From assembly GCA_026645815.1 (NCBI GenBank), contig JAPKMR010000001.1, positions 129,498 to 193,497 on the forward strand: a stretch of DNA of 64,000 bases, given 5' to 3'. Numbering within the stretch: the stretch's first letter is position 1; every line of letters starts with the position of its first letter. This document shows, piece after piece, positions 1 through 9,136 of this stretch. The notes under the pieces were generated by a model. The model searched no databases. It saw only the letters and a program-made list of their open reading frames with translations, and had not been told where the DNA came from. This DNA comes from Anaerolineae bacterium (GTDB lineage Bacteria > Chloroflexota > Anaerolineae > B4-G1 > SLSP01). The position numbers and the translations under genes are program-made.

Positions 1-2310
1 ATAGACCAGCACGATCTCACGCCGGTTCTCAACCGTCACCACATCGGAGAAATCCAGCGCGCAAACCTGCGCCGCACTCAACGCTGCCACATTCACGGGG
101 ACCTCGCCGGTACGCAGGACCTTACCGTCCAGCGTCTCCAGCGACCAGCGCGCCAGGCCCTTCCAGGCAGTGACCAGATCATTGGTCACATATAGCGTCG
201 CCAAAGGGCGCCAGGCTGCGGGTTTCGCAGGACCATGCCCCAACAGATAGCCAAGAGCCTCCTGGCTCAGCACCTGCTCGCCACTGCCGAGAACCTCCCC
301 ACCGGGCTTCTCCACCGTCCAATGGACCAGACGACGCTCATCATCGTCGGGATCAGCTACCGGTTTAGGTCCCACCTCGGGACCGCAATCCTCAGCAGAG
401 AGCAACACCGGTGCATAAAAGCGCCGCGCGGCGTAGTGCAGCGCCTTCCAGCGCCCAAAGTAATCCAGGCTTGCCCAAGACGCCACAGGCCAACAATCGT
501 TCAGCTGCCAGTAGAGCGTGCCGGCGGTACAGTCACGGCTGCGGCGCCAGAATTCCACACCCGTACGCACACATTCCGCTTGCAGCACCTGGCTCAGATA
601 AACCAACGCGGGGAAATCCTTGGGCAACCGGAAATGCTCAGTCATGTAGTGGATGATCTTGCCGTTGCCCGCATCATTGCGCTGGTGGTGCTCCATGATA
701 TAGGAGGTCATGTTCCAGTCCGCCGGGTCCGCATAAGTGCGCACGGTCTCCAGCGGCGGCAACGATTGGAAACCAAACTCGCTCACAAAACGGGAAGGGT
801 GGTTGCGATAATGGCCAAAGGGCTGATTGCCGTGCCAGACTTCCCAGTTGTGCGTATCGCCTGCATGAACACTGTTGGGTGCAGCGAAATTGCGCCCAGA
901 AGAAGGAGAACTGGGCCAATAGGGCGTATCGGGGTCCTCGGCAGCGCAGACTTCCGGCAACAGATGATGATACATCTGGTCATAGGCCTCCCGATAGGGC
1001 GCATTTTCCGGGCGGTTCCATCCCCAAGAATCCCAACCTTGTTCCATCTCATTATTGCCGCACCACAGTGCCAGGCTCGCACGGTGTCGCAAGCGCCGTA
1101 CGTTCTCCACCGCCTCCTGTCGCACATTGTCGAAGAATTCTGGTTCGGTCGGGTAAATGGCGCAGGCGAAACTGAAATCCTGCCAGACCAGAATGCCGTA
1201 ACGGTCGCAAAGATCGTAGAAGCGCTCCTCTTCATAAAGCCCACCACCCCAGACACGCAGCATGTTCATGTGAACCTGTGCCGCGCTGCGGATAAGGTGC
1301 TCCAAGAACGCATCGGTGAGGCGCGTGGGGAAGGAATCCGCCGGAATCCAATCGGCGCCCTTAGCAAAAACCGGCACCCCATTGACTACAAAAACGAAGG
1401 ATTCACCGTAGAGATCGTGCTCGCGCCGTAGTTCCAGCGTGCGCAAGCCCAGCTGGAACGTCTGGCTATCCAACACCCGTTCACCATCGCGCAGGAGCAC
1501 TTCAGCCTGGTAGAGGGGCTGCGGACCATAACCGTTGGGCCACCAGAGCTGCGGCTTAACGACCGTCAATGCCAGGGTTCCCTGATCGCCGGAAAGGGTC
1601 ACCGCTGTTTCCTGAACAAAGCCTTCCGGGTCGGTAAGTCGCAAGACCGCCGTCACCCCTTCAGGTTGCCAGCGTTCCAGCGCCACCATCGCGCTGATCG
1701 TCACGATATTCCCGGCATGATGCTGGCGGACATGTACGTTGCCCAAGCGGGCTGCGCTATAACCCTCAAGGCGGAGTTCTTTCCAGATGCCCACTGGCGG
1801 CAGCTGCGGACCCCAGTCCCAACCAAACTGGCAAATGGCTTTCCGCACAAAAGGACCACCCGGAATCGCCTGGGTCGGGCTAATCAGAGCTTCGCGCTCC
1901 TGCCGCGCACGCAGTGGTTGCAACAGCGGCGCAAATTGCACCTGCACGTGATTCTCACCCGCCTGCAACAAGCCGGTCACTTCCCAACTGTAGCGGCGGA
2001 ACATATTCGCGGCATCGCCCAATACCTCGCCGTTCAGGTATACCTCGGCAAAGGTATCGAGACCGTCGCAAACGAGGAAGACGTGTTCCTCAGCCAACAG
2101 CGCCTCGGGAACCTCAAAAACCAGGTCGTATTCCCAGGCACGTTCAGGAATCCACTGCACGCGCAGCTCATTATCCGCCACAAAGGGGTCTGGGATCAAC
2201 TCCAAAGCCAGCAAATCGGTCTGTACAGAGCCAGGGATTTGCGCGGGCAGCCACTCAAGACTGCCCTGCTCGCGAAAGCGCGCACTCTTAATTCGCGTAT
2301 AGATTGCCAC
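1..2310 (-). CDS. GH2 beta-mannosidase (3' end runs off the left edge; 770 codons visible)
   Basis: Absent from the ORF track because its stop lies outside the window. The reverse frame from GTG at 2310 (GGAGGG a few nt upstream) stayed open in every part I translated down to position 1. My translation gives VAIYTRIKSARFREQGSLEWLPAQIPGSVQTDLLALELIPDPF at the N-terminus. Further on it gives GADWIPADSFPTR and MNMLRVWGGGLYEEERFYDLCDRYGILVWQDF, motifs I recognise from GH2 beta-mannosidases. Confidence 0.88.
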   Translation of the reverse strand, partial: MAIYTRIKSARFREQGSLEWLPAQIPGSVQTDLLALELIPDPFVADNELRVQWIPERAWEYDLVFEVPEALLAEEHVFLVCDGLDTFAEVYLNGEVLGDAANMFRRYSWEVTGLLQAGENHVQVQFAPLLQPLRARQEREALISPTQAIPGGPFVRKAICQFGWDWGPQLPPVGIWKELRLEGYSAARLGNVHVRQHHAGNIVTISAMVALERWQPEGVTAVLRLTDPEGFVQETAVTLSGDQGTLALTVVKPQLWWPNGYGPQPLYQAEVLLRDGERVLDSQTFQLGLRTLELRREHDLYGESFVFVVNGVPVFAKGADWIPADSFPTRLTDAFLEHLIRSAAQVHMNMLRVWGGGLYEEERFYDLCDRYGILVWQDFSFACAIYPTEPEFFDNVRQEAVENVRRLRHRASLALWCGNNEMEQGWDSWGWNRPENAPYREAYDQMYHHLLPEVCAAEDPDTPYWPSSPSSGRNFAAPNSVHAGDTHNWEVWHGNQPFGHYRNHPSRFVSEFGFQSLPPLETVRTYADPADWNMTSYIMEHHQRNDAGNGKIIHYMTEHFRLPKDFPALVYLSQVLQAECVRTGVEFWRRSRDCTAGTLYWQLNDCWPVASWASLDYFGRWKALHYAARRFYAPVLLSAEDCGPEVGPKPVADPDDDERRLVHWTVEKPGGEVLGSGEQVLSQEALGYLLGHGPAKPAAWRPLATLYVTNDLVTAWKGLARWSLETLDGKVLRTGEVPVNVAALSAAQVCALDFSDVVTVENRREIVLVY

Positions 2311-2328
2311 AAGCCCTCCAAAAATCGC

Positions 2329-3312
2329 CTAAAGTGAATTTGCCTTGATGAAATCTACCAACTCAGAAACATAGGTGAATGCCAGACACGTCACCGTATC
2401 AGCGCCACCGTAGTAAATCGCTAAGCGCCCAGTATCCCCATCGCACAACGCCGCGCAGGGGAAAGCCACGTTGGGCACATCGCCCACACATTCGTAAAGC
2501 GTTTGCGGGGAGAGCAAATACGGGGCAGTGCGGTACATCACTTTCCACGGCTCATCGAGATCGAGCAGGGCTGCACCAAAGCTGTAGACAAAGCCGTTGC
2601 AGGAGGTGAGCACGCCATGGTAGATCATGAGCCACCCCTCAGAAGTCTCAATGGGAATAGGCCCGGCGCCCACCTTGGTGCTTTGCCAGCCCCCCACCGG
2701 CTTCATGACCCACCGGTGGCGCCCCCAGTGCATCATATCCGGGCTTTCGCTATAGAAGATATCGCCAAAAGGCGTGTGCCCATTGTCACTTGGGCGGTTC
2801 AACATCGCAAACTTGCCCTTGATACGCCGGGGGAAGAGCACACCATTGCGGTTGAAGGGCAGGTAGGCATTCTCCAGCTGGTAAAAGGTCTCGAAATCCG
2901 TGGTGTAGCCCACACCAATCGTGGGACCGTGATAACCATTGCACCAGGTTACATAATAGCGATCCTCAATCCAACACACACGGGGATCATAACCGTATTC
3001 GAAAATATTGATTTCAGGATCATCGCCCACAAAATGAATCCGCTCGGGACTGAGTTGCCAGTTGATGCCGTCTGCGCTTTTGCCGCTGTGCAGCGTCATC
3101 TGGCGTGTGCGATGGTCCACACGGAAGACACCGGCAAAAGCCCCCTGATAAGGCACCACGGCGCTGTTAAAAATGCTATTAGAAATCGGTAATAGATTGC
3201 GAGGAATTACGGGATTCTGGCTAAAGCGCCAGAGCACTTCACTGCACCCCGCAGGGCGCGCCTCCCAAGGGATATTCGGGAGCGAATCAGCCACAAATTT
3301 CAAATCAGACAT
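2329..3312 (-). CDS. GH130 beta-1,4-mannoside/mannooligosaccharide phosphorylase
   Basis: ORF 2329..3336. The preferred start is the ATG at 3312 (MSDLKF), preceded by GGAGGC. The sequence has typical GH130 character ([49 protein letters not shown]). It has no signal peptide and sits next to the GH2 mannosidase. Confidence 0.82.
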   Translation of the reverse strand: MSDLKFVADSLPNIPWEARPAGCSEVLWRFSQNPVIPRNLLPISNSIFNSAVVPYQGAFAGVFRVDHRTRQMTLHSGKSADGINWQLSPERIHFVGDDPEINIFEYGYDPRVCWIEDRYYVTWCNGYHGPTIGVGYTTDFETFYQLENAYLPFNRNGVLFPRRIKGKFAMLNRPSDNGHTPFGDIFYSESPDMMHWGRHRWVMKPVGGWQSTKVGAGPIPIETSEGWLMIYHGVLTSCNGFVYSFGAALLDLDEPWKVMYRTAPYLLSPQTLYECVGDVPNVAFPCAALCDGDTGRLAIYYGGADTVTCLAFTYVSELVDFIKANSL

Positions 3313-3336
3313 TTTTGCCTCCACAACGATGATCAT

Positions 3337-4356
3337 TTAGGGACACGCAGCGACGGATTGGCGCTCCACCAGTGGCGCGTCAATGAGCGTGGTGACGCGC
3401 GTCGCATCGAGATTTTCCAGACGCCAGAGCAACAACTGCATCGCCATCTGTCCCATCAAAACTTTGTCCACATGCAAGGTTGTCAGCGCAGGAACAACAT
3501 GCTGCGCCAATTCGATGTCATCGAAACCGATTACCGAAAGCCGCTGTGGCACCGCGATTCCTAATTCACGCGCTGCCTGCATGGTCGCAATCGCCATTTC
3601 GTCATTACAACCGAAAATCGCGGTAATCTCGGGATGACTGAGTAGAAGCGAGCGCGCCGCTTCGAGAGCAGCATCGCTGCGCAATTCACAGTCTGCCGCA
3701 TAGGTTTCCGTCATGCCATGATCGAAGAGTGCTTGTTGATAACCGCGATAACGCTCCGCGATACTGGGGAAGGATGCAGGACCACCCCCTACCAAAGCAA
3801 TATGCCGGTGTCCCAGCTGCCAGAGGTACTCCACGGCAGTGTACGCAGCGCGGTAGTTGTTTGAGAGCACCGAATCCACCTTCAGAGCTTCGGAATAGGC
3901 GTCCACCAGCACAAAAGGCGTACGAAGGCGCGCAAGCGTCGCCCCTAGAGTCTCATCAAGCCGCACGCCGACCAGCAAGAGACCATCCAGACTATCATTG
4001 AATAGCAAGGGGGGTGTCTCAAGTGCATGATTGCTCGCATCTACGAGTAGCGTGCCGTAAAGAAGGTTGATCTGATGACGCCGGCAAATCTCCTCAATGC
4101 CCGCCAGAACATAGGCATAGAAAGGTCCACCGCGCTGAAGCGATTCTGATTCAGATTTGATCAACAATCCCACCGTCTGAACGGGTGCTTCTGCCGAACG
4201 GACAACGTAGCCTAAATCCGCAGCAATATCCAGAATACGCTTACGGGTCTCCAGGGAGACGCCCGGCTTATTGCGCAACGCCAGGGAGACCGTGGCTAAA
4301 GAGCACCCGCTGGCTTGGGCGACATCGGCAAGTGTGACTTGATCACTCACAGACAT
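3337..4356 (-). CDS. LacI-family transcriptional regulator (mannan locus)
   Basis: N-terminal HTH VTLADVAQASGCSLATVSLALRNKPGVS, followed by a periplasmic-binding-protein-like sugar-binding fold. The start is ATG 4356, preceded by GGAGG. It is the first gene of the LacI, GH130, GH2 string. Confidence 0.9.
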   Translation of the reverse strand: MSVSDQVTLADVAQASGCSLATVSLALRNKPGVSLETRKRILDIAADLGYVVRSAEAPVQTVGLLIKSESESLQRGGPFYAYVLAGIEEICRRHQINLLYGTLLVDASNHALETPPLLFNDSLDGLLLVGVRLDETLGATLARLRTPFVLVDAYSEALKVDSVLSNNYRAAYTAVEYLWQLGHRHIALVGGGPASFPSIAERYRGYQQALFDHGMTETYAADCELRSDAALEAARSLLLSHPEITAIFGCNDEMAIATMQAARELGIAVPQRLSVIGFDDIELAQHVVPALTTLHVDKVLMGQMAMQLLLWRLENLDATRVTTLIDAPLVERQSVAACP

Positions 4357-4617
4357 AAACCTCCGAGGCTTGAAAACGCATTCGAACACTAAAAAGATAC
4401 ACCCGTTTTAGTAAAATGTCAAGAGTTTTTAATTAAAATACATGAAATTCATAGTATTTCAAGCTGAAGGGTGCGTTTCAAAACGGGGGCGAAAATCTCA
4501 AGCTCCCCTACAGGGCGCCTGGGATAATTGATTTTTGGGAGGTTCAGAGGTTAGATTGGTGAGACCATGCGTTTAGTCACTTTGACGCGCCAAAGCGACG
4601 CAGAGGGTGGTTTGTTT

Positions 4618-4678
4618 TGTGATTTTCGTGGACGGGGTAAAAGCCCACAGGTGGGCTTCGCCGTCCACGAAAATCACA
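4618..4678. repeat. Nested perfect hairpin, member of the GTGATTTT palindromic family
   Basis: The outer arms are TGTGATTTTCGTGGACGG (4618..4635) and CCGTCCACGAAAATCACA (4661..4678), an 18-bp perfect stem. An inner hairpin AAGCCCAC/GTGGGCTT lies inside. It is 46 nt downstream of the msrQ stop. Confidence 0.85.
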
Positions 4679-4723
4679 CATGCAGAAAAAAGGCGCAGAG
4701 AGCTGATTGCGGATGAAGGCCGT

Positions 4724-5359
4724 TTACGAGATATTGAAACCACCGTCGGTTGGGGGGCTATCTGCAGCGCGTCGCGCCGTATGAGGTATGGGCATCCAGC
4801 GGAGCGCCAGCAGCAGGACCAGCAAGATGCCATAGCGCAGCGCCTTATCCGGCGTTTTGGATAACCAGAGGACGTGCAATACCACCAGGCCCGCCGCCGC
4901 GTAAATCCAACGCTGTAACCGTTTCCACCACCGTCCCAAACGCTGCTGCCAACCGCGCGTCGAGGTCAATGCAAGCGCCAAGAGGATCACGAATGCCCCC
5001 AACCCCACCAGCACAAAACGTTGGTCGAACAACGCAGGAATAAGCAGGTCCCACGCAAAGCCGTAATCCCAGCCCACGAAGATGAGCAAGTGCCAAGCTG
5101 CGTAGGCAAAAGTGCAAAGTCCCAGCGTGCGCCGAACTCGCAGCACCGCCCGGAAGCCCGCTAAGCGTGCCAGTGGGGTACAGGCGAGAGTCAATCCCAG
5201 CAACCCTAGCGCGGTATTACCCGTCGCCGTCGTCATTTGCCGTATGGGGTCGAGATAATTGCCGCGCGCCAGATTCCACACCATCACCACGGCAGGGAAC
5301 AGAGCACCGAGGTGTACCAGAAGCCTCAACCCATGGCGTTTAAGGAATGTCGTCTTCAT
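4724..5359 (-). CDS. msrQ: Protein-methionine-sulfoxide reductase heme-binding membrane subunit
   Basis: A 211-aa multi-TM protein with conserved His residues in the TM helices (YAAWHLL, LVVLHVLW). It lies directly downstream of the MsrP-like gene, matching the YedZ/MsrQ arrangement. Confidence 0.78.
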   Translation of the reverse strand: MKTTFLKRHGLRLLVHLGALFPAVVMVWNLARGNYLDPIRQMTTATGNTALGLLGLTLACTPLARLAGFRAVLRVRRTLGLCTFAYAAWHLLIFVGWDYGFAWDLLIPALFDQRFVLVGLGAFVILLALALTSTRGWQQRLGRWWKRLQRWIYAAAGLVVLHVLWLSKTPDKALRYGILLVLLLALRWMPIPHTARRAADSPPTDGGFNIS

Positions 5360-5405
5360 AACTCGAAAATCAAGGAATAGCTCATCCGCATTGAGTGCGG
5401 CGCGC

Positions 5406-6362
5406 CTAGAAGAACCAGTCCCGATTGGTCAAGTCGGGATACAGGTCCGCGACCTCGTCCGCATAACCATTGAACAACAGTGTAGGTATGCGCCGTGTCT
5501 CGCCGATACGGCGCTCGGTTGCCTGCGACCACCGGCGATGCGGCACTTCTGGATTCACATTCGCCCAGAAACCGTATTCGCTCGCGCCCGCCGCCATCCA
5601 GAAAGTCGTGGGCTGCTCTTCCACCAGATCAATCCGCACGATAGATTTCAGGCTCTTGAAACCATACTTCCACGGCACCACCAAACGCAATGGGGCGCCA
5701 TTCGAGGGCCGCAGCGACCAACCATAAAGCCCGGTCGCGATAAGGGTCAAGTCGTGCATGGCTTCGTCGAGGCGCAATCCTTCGATGTAGGGCCAGGGGA
5801 AGGTCATATCCGCTAATCCCGGCATCTGGTCAGGGTCGGCGAGGGTCTGAAAGCGCACGTACTTGGCATTCGAGAGCGGCTCGACCTCCTTGAGGAGGCG
5901 CGAGAGAGGGAAGCCCAACCATGGAATCACCATGGACCAGCCCTCAACGCAGCGCATCCGGTAGACACGCTCCTCCTGCTCGAACTTGAGGAGCTCCTCG
6001 ATATCAAAAACGCGCGGCTTGTTGACCAGCCCTCCCACCGTGACCGTCCATGGGCTTATCTGCAAAGATTCATCGGCTAAAACCGCAGCGGCTTCCTTAT
6101 CCAAGGAGAATTCATAGTAGTTGACGTAGCCCGTGACCGCATCAAAGGCCGTCTTGATATCAGGCTTCGGAGTCGGTGTGGGCCTGGGTGTGGAAAGCAC
6201 CTCTGGAGTGACAACATCCTCCGGTATCACAGTCGCCTCGGGGGCATCCGGAAGTCGCCCACACGCAGCGAGCAGCGCCGCTGCCCCCAACCCCAACATG
6301 AACTTACGACGGGAGAGATAAATATGCTCCGGCGTAATTTCTGACGATCGAATCGGTACCAT
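5406..6362 (-). CDS. msrP: Molybdopterin-dependent protein-methionine-sulfoxide reductase catalytic subunit
   Basis: Carries a twin-arginine leader SRRKFMLGLGAAALLAACG and a sulfite-oxidase-fold body (RCVEGWSMVIPWLGFPL, LVVPWKYGFKSLKSIVRI). Paired with msrQ. Confidence 0.85.
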   Translation of the reverse strand: MVPIRSSEITPEHIYLSRRKFMLGLGAAALLAACGRLPDAPEATVIPEDVVTPEVLSTPRPTPTPKPDIKTAFDAVTGYVNYYEFSLDKEAAAVLADESLQISPWTVTVGGLVNKPRVFDIEELLKFEQEERVYRMRCVEGWSMVIPWLGFPLSRLLKEVEPLSNAKYVRFQTLADPDQMPGLADMTFPWPYIEGLRLDEAMHDLTLIATGLYGWSLRPSNGAPLRLVVPWKYGFKSLKSIVRIDLVEEQPTTFWMAAGASEYGFWANVNPEVPHRRWSQATERRIGETRRIPTLLFNGYADEVADLYPDLTNRDWFF

Positions 6363-6435
6363 AGTATCACCTTCCTATCCTGATAAACCCATCCCGCACA
6401 ATATTGTAGAACTGCGCCACTCTACACAGGCGCCA

Positions 6436-7695
6436 TCAACGTTCCGAAATGGTGACGCTCTCGATCACATCGCCCACAGCAATAGATTTGACGACATCCA
6501 TCCCTGAAGTGACCTTGCCAAAGACCGTATAAGCCCCATCCAACTGTGAGGTCGCCGATAGCGTGATGTAGAACTGGCTTCCACTCGACATGCGACGCGG
6601 GTTTCCCTGATCCGGCAACCGCGCCATAGCAATTGAACCTTCCTCATGGGGCAAACCTATCTCCGCGGGGATCAGGTAACCCGGACCCCCCTGACCTGAG
6701 CCTAGCGGGTCGCCCCCCTGAATCACAAATTCCGGTTCGACGCGATGAAAGCTAATGCCATCGAAGAACCCCGCACGCGCCAAAAAGACATAGTTATTCA
6801 CCGTCAAAGGCGCCGCCTGAGCATCCAGGGTTACCTCGATCGCGCCTTTTGACGTCTGGAGCGTAGCGACGTAGGTTTTCGCCGGGTCAATCATCATCTC
6901 CGGCGGCTGAACATAGAGCTCGTAACGCGCAGCAGGCTCCTCCGGCATCGCAATCTCGGTGTTGGTGGGCAGCGCTGAGACAGGTGGGGTATTGGATTCG
7001 GTAATACGCACCGTCACAATACGGTCGCCCGGCACCGTAGCCGCTTGCGGGTCGCGCTCGCGCAGCGAGAACAACACATCAAGACCATCAATCACGCGCC
7101 CAAAAATTGTGTGCATATCATCGAGCCAGGGCGTCGGCGTAAAAGTGATGAAGAACTGACTGCCATTGGTCCCCGGACCGGAATTGGCCATCGAAAGCAC
7201 CCCCACGCGGTCGTGCGCCAGACTGGGATCGAATTCATCGGCAAAACTATAGCCCGGACCGCCCGTGCCCGTCCCAGTAGGGTCGCCACCCTGCGCCATG
7301 AAGCCAGGAATCACGCGATGAAAGGTGGTGCCATCGTAAAAGCCCTCACGCGCCAGGAAGACGAAGTTATTAACCGTGACCGGAACCTTAGCGGCGTATA
7401 GTTCGAGGGAAATCTCACCCTTTTCGGTAACGATAGTTGCCACATAATACTTATCGGAGTCAATCTGCATCGTTGGGGCAGCGGAGTACATATCATTGCG
7501 CGAAGCAGGATCAGAAGCGTTAGCGGGTGCGGACGTCTCCACAGGTGTTTCCGGTACGGCAGTTACCTCGGTGGTGGGCTGCACTGCAGGCTCATCGGTG
7601 GGATTAACCGTGGGCGTTGAAGTAGGGGCACATGCGCTCAGGATCAGCCCCAGGCACAAAATACACACGAGACTAATTAGCTGTAGGTATTTCAC
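6436..7695 (-). CDS. Secreted lipoprotein with two tandem cyclophilin-type peptidyl-prolyl isomerase domains
   Basis: GTG start at 7695 after AAGGAGA. It has a lipobox LILSAC and a Thr/Pro-rich linker. Two cyclophilin domains follow, each with [15 protein letters not shown] / [15 protein letters not shown] and GSQFFIT / GSQFYIT. Confidence 0.85.
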   Translation of the reverse strand: MKYLQLISLVCILCLGLILSACAPTSTPTVNPTDEPAVQPTTEVTAVPETPVETSAPANASDPASRNDMYSAAPTMQIDSDKYYVATIVTEKGEISLELYAAKVPVTVNNFVFLAREGFYDGTTFHRVIPGFMAQGGDPTGTGTGGPGYSFADEFDPSLAHDRVGVLSMANSGPGTNGSQFFITFTPTPWLDDMHTIFGRVIDGLDVLFSLRERDPQAATVPGDRIVTVRITESNTPPVSALPTNTEIAMPEEPAARYELYVQPPEMMIDPAKTYVATLQTSKGAIEVTLDAQAAPLTVNNYVFLARAGFFDGISFHRVEPEFVIQGGDPLGSGQGGPGYLIPAEIGLPHEEGSIAMARLPDQGNPRRMSSGSQFYITLSATSQLDGAYTVFGKVTSGMDVVKSIAVGDVIESVTISER

Positions 7696-7802
7696 AATAT
7701 ATCTCCTTATGGTTATTCAATGCTCTTGAAATACAGTTTTCGCGACGCAGCTATGCCGCATCGCGAAAACACCCGGCATTCAGTCGGGTTGCGCCGCAAC
7801 GA

Positions 7803-8618
7803 TCAAGCAAGGATGTCGCTGAGAACATCCACCTCGATGCCTTGTGCGCGTAATGCAGAAATATACGGGCTAATGCCAAAAGCATCACCGAGGATATGCC
7901 CAGTGACGATAAGCTGCCCGCGCTGATCGCGCTGCAAAGACGCCAAATCCCCTGGCGCGATATGAATATAGATTACCGTATCAATGCCGTGCTCAAAGCA
8001 GGCGCGCGCGACGGCATCGCCGCCGTTGGTATAGGCGCCGTGACACACCAGCACTTTGCCTGCACGGGCATCCGGGTCACCCAATAGCACCTCGACGGGC
8101 ACAGCGGCGCGCTGTGCAGCAGGCAGCATTCCCAGCACGGCAGTCACATCGCGCAATGTGGCATCCGGCGCTGAGAGCAGCAACACATCCACGGTAGATT
8201 GCATGACCCGGCGCCCCAATTCATCCAAGGGCGCGTGGACATTCATAAAAGGCATGCCCAGGCGCCGCGCCGCCAAGGGAACCTGCTCATAATTGGTGAC
8301 ACTCCCGTTGAGGCGCAGGGTCGCCATCTTTGGGGCAACCGCAGCCCGTGCCACAGATTCTGGGATACCCGCCCCGGTCAACAGCGCCACATGGCGCTCG
8401 AAGACGCGCCAGGCGCGGTGCGGCAAGCCCACCGGGTGATGCGCGATAACGGCATCGTAGCCGAGATTCCCCGCCATCAACAACTCTGCGACGCCAATAT
8501 CCAGCCCAAACAACACGCGCCGGATATTCTCGCCAGGAACGTAGATAGCGCTGTCATCAGGAATCGTCTCAAAACCCACCAGGTCAAGGGCAATCTGCAT
8601 CAGTTGTGTCGTATCCAT
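7803..8618 (-). CDS. NIF3-family (YbgI-like) dinuclear metal-centre protein
   Basis: DAVIAHHP motif and overall NIF3 layout. The start is set at ATG 8618 (MDTTQLMQ) with ACGGAG upstream. The track start at 8642 is an alternative. Confidence 0.72.
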   Translation of the reverse strand: MDTTQLMQIALDLVGFETIPDDSAIYVPGENIRRVLFGLDIGVAELLMAGNLGYDAVIAHHPVGLPHRAWRVFERHVALLTGAGIPESVARAAVAPKMATLRLNGSVTNYEQVPLAARRLGMPFMNVHAPLDELGRRVMQSTVDVLLLSAPDATLRDVTAVLGMLPAAQRAAVPVEVLLGDPDARAGKVLVCHGAYTNGGDAVARACFEHGIDTVIYIHIAPGDLASLQRDQRGQLIVTGHILGDAFGISPYISALRAQGIEVDVLSDILA

Positions 8619-8698
8619 AAATACTCCGTAGTCAGAAGTCAAAAGTCGAAATCCAGAAGTTCAAAGCCGTATTATTGCTGGTAGACCCACCCGCCTTC

Positions 8699-9049
8699 TC
8701 ACTCACTCTCCTGATCCAACAGCTCTCCCCAGGCTTTGTAAGCGCGACGAAGATGCGGGATGACGATGGAACCGCCGACAATGAGGGCAACGGAGAACGC
8801 TTCGGTAATCTCAGCGGTAGTGAAGCCCACCTTATGGCATTCAACCAGGTGATACTTAATGCAATCATCACAGCGTAGCACCATCGAAGCGACCAGCCCC
8901 AATAATTCCTTCGTCTTCTTCGGCAACGCCCCATCAGTGTAGGTCTGGGTATCCAGGTTGAAAAAGCGCTTAATATCACGATTGGCGTGCGCCATAACGA
9001 TTTCATTGAGTTCCAGACGCTCCTCCTGGAATCGGGCAATATCGCTCAT
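8699..9049 (-). CDS. Carboxymuconolactone decarboxylase / AhpD-like family protein
   Basis: CDDCIKYH (CxxC-type AhpD core) in a ~116-aa helical protein. The start is ATG 9049 (MSDIARF), preceded by AAGGAGA. Confidence 0.72.
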   Translation of the reverse strand: MSDIARFQEERLELNEIVMAHANRDIKRFFNLDTQTYTDGALPKKTKELLGLVASMVLRCDDCIKYHLVECHKVGFTTAEITEAFSVALIVGGSIVIPHLRRAYKAWGELLDQESE

Positions 9050-9136
9050 GGTATCTCCTTGGTTGATGGCTTCGCCTGCAATTCTGCCTGGAATCTGAAC
9101 CCCAAACCCGCGACCGGCAAATAACAGCAATCCAGG

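Noticed and set aside
235-2337. Long + strand ORFs 235..1431 (398 aa) and 1666..2337 (223 aa)
   Set aside because: Their translations are Arg/Pro/His-rich with no recognisable motifs. The opposite strand reads as an uninterrupted GH2 beta-mannosidase. These are antisense shadow ORFs, typical of high-GC DNA.
4573-4864. ORFs 4573..4833 (-) and 4607..4864 (+) as small genes
   Set aside because: Both run through the 4618..4678 nested hairpin and into the 3' end of msrQ. They have no RBS and are artefacts of the palindrome.
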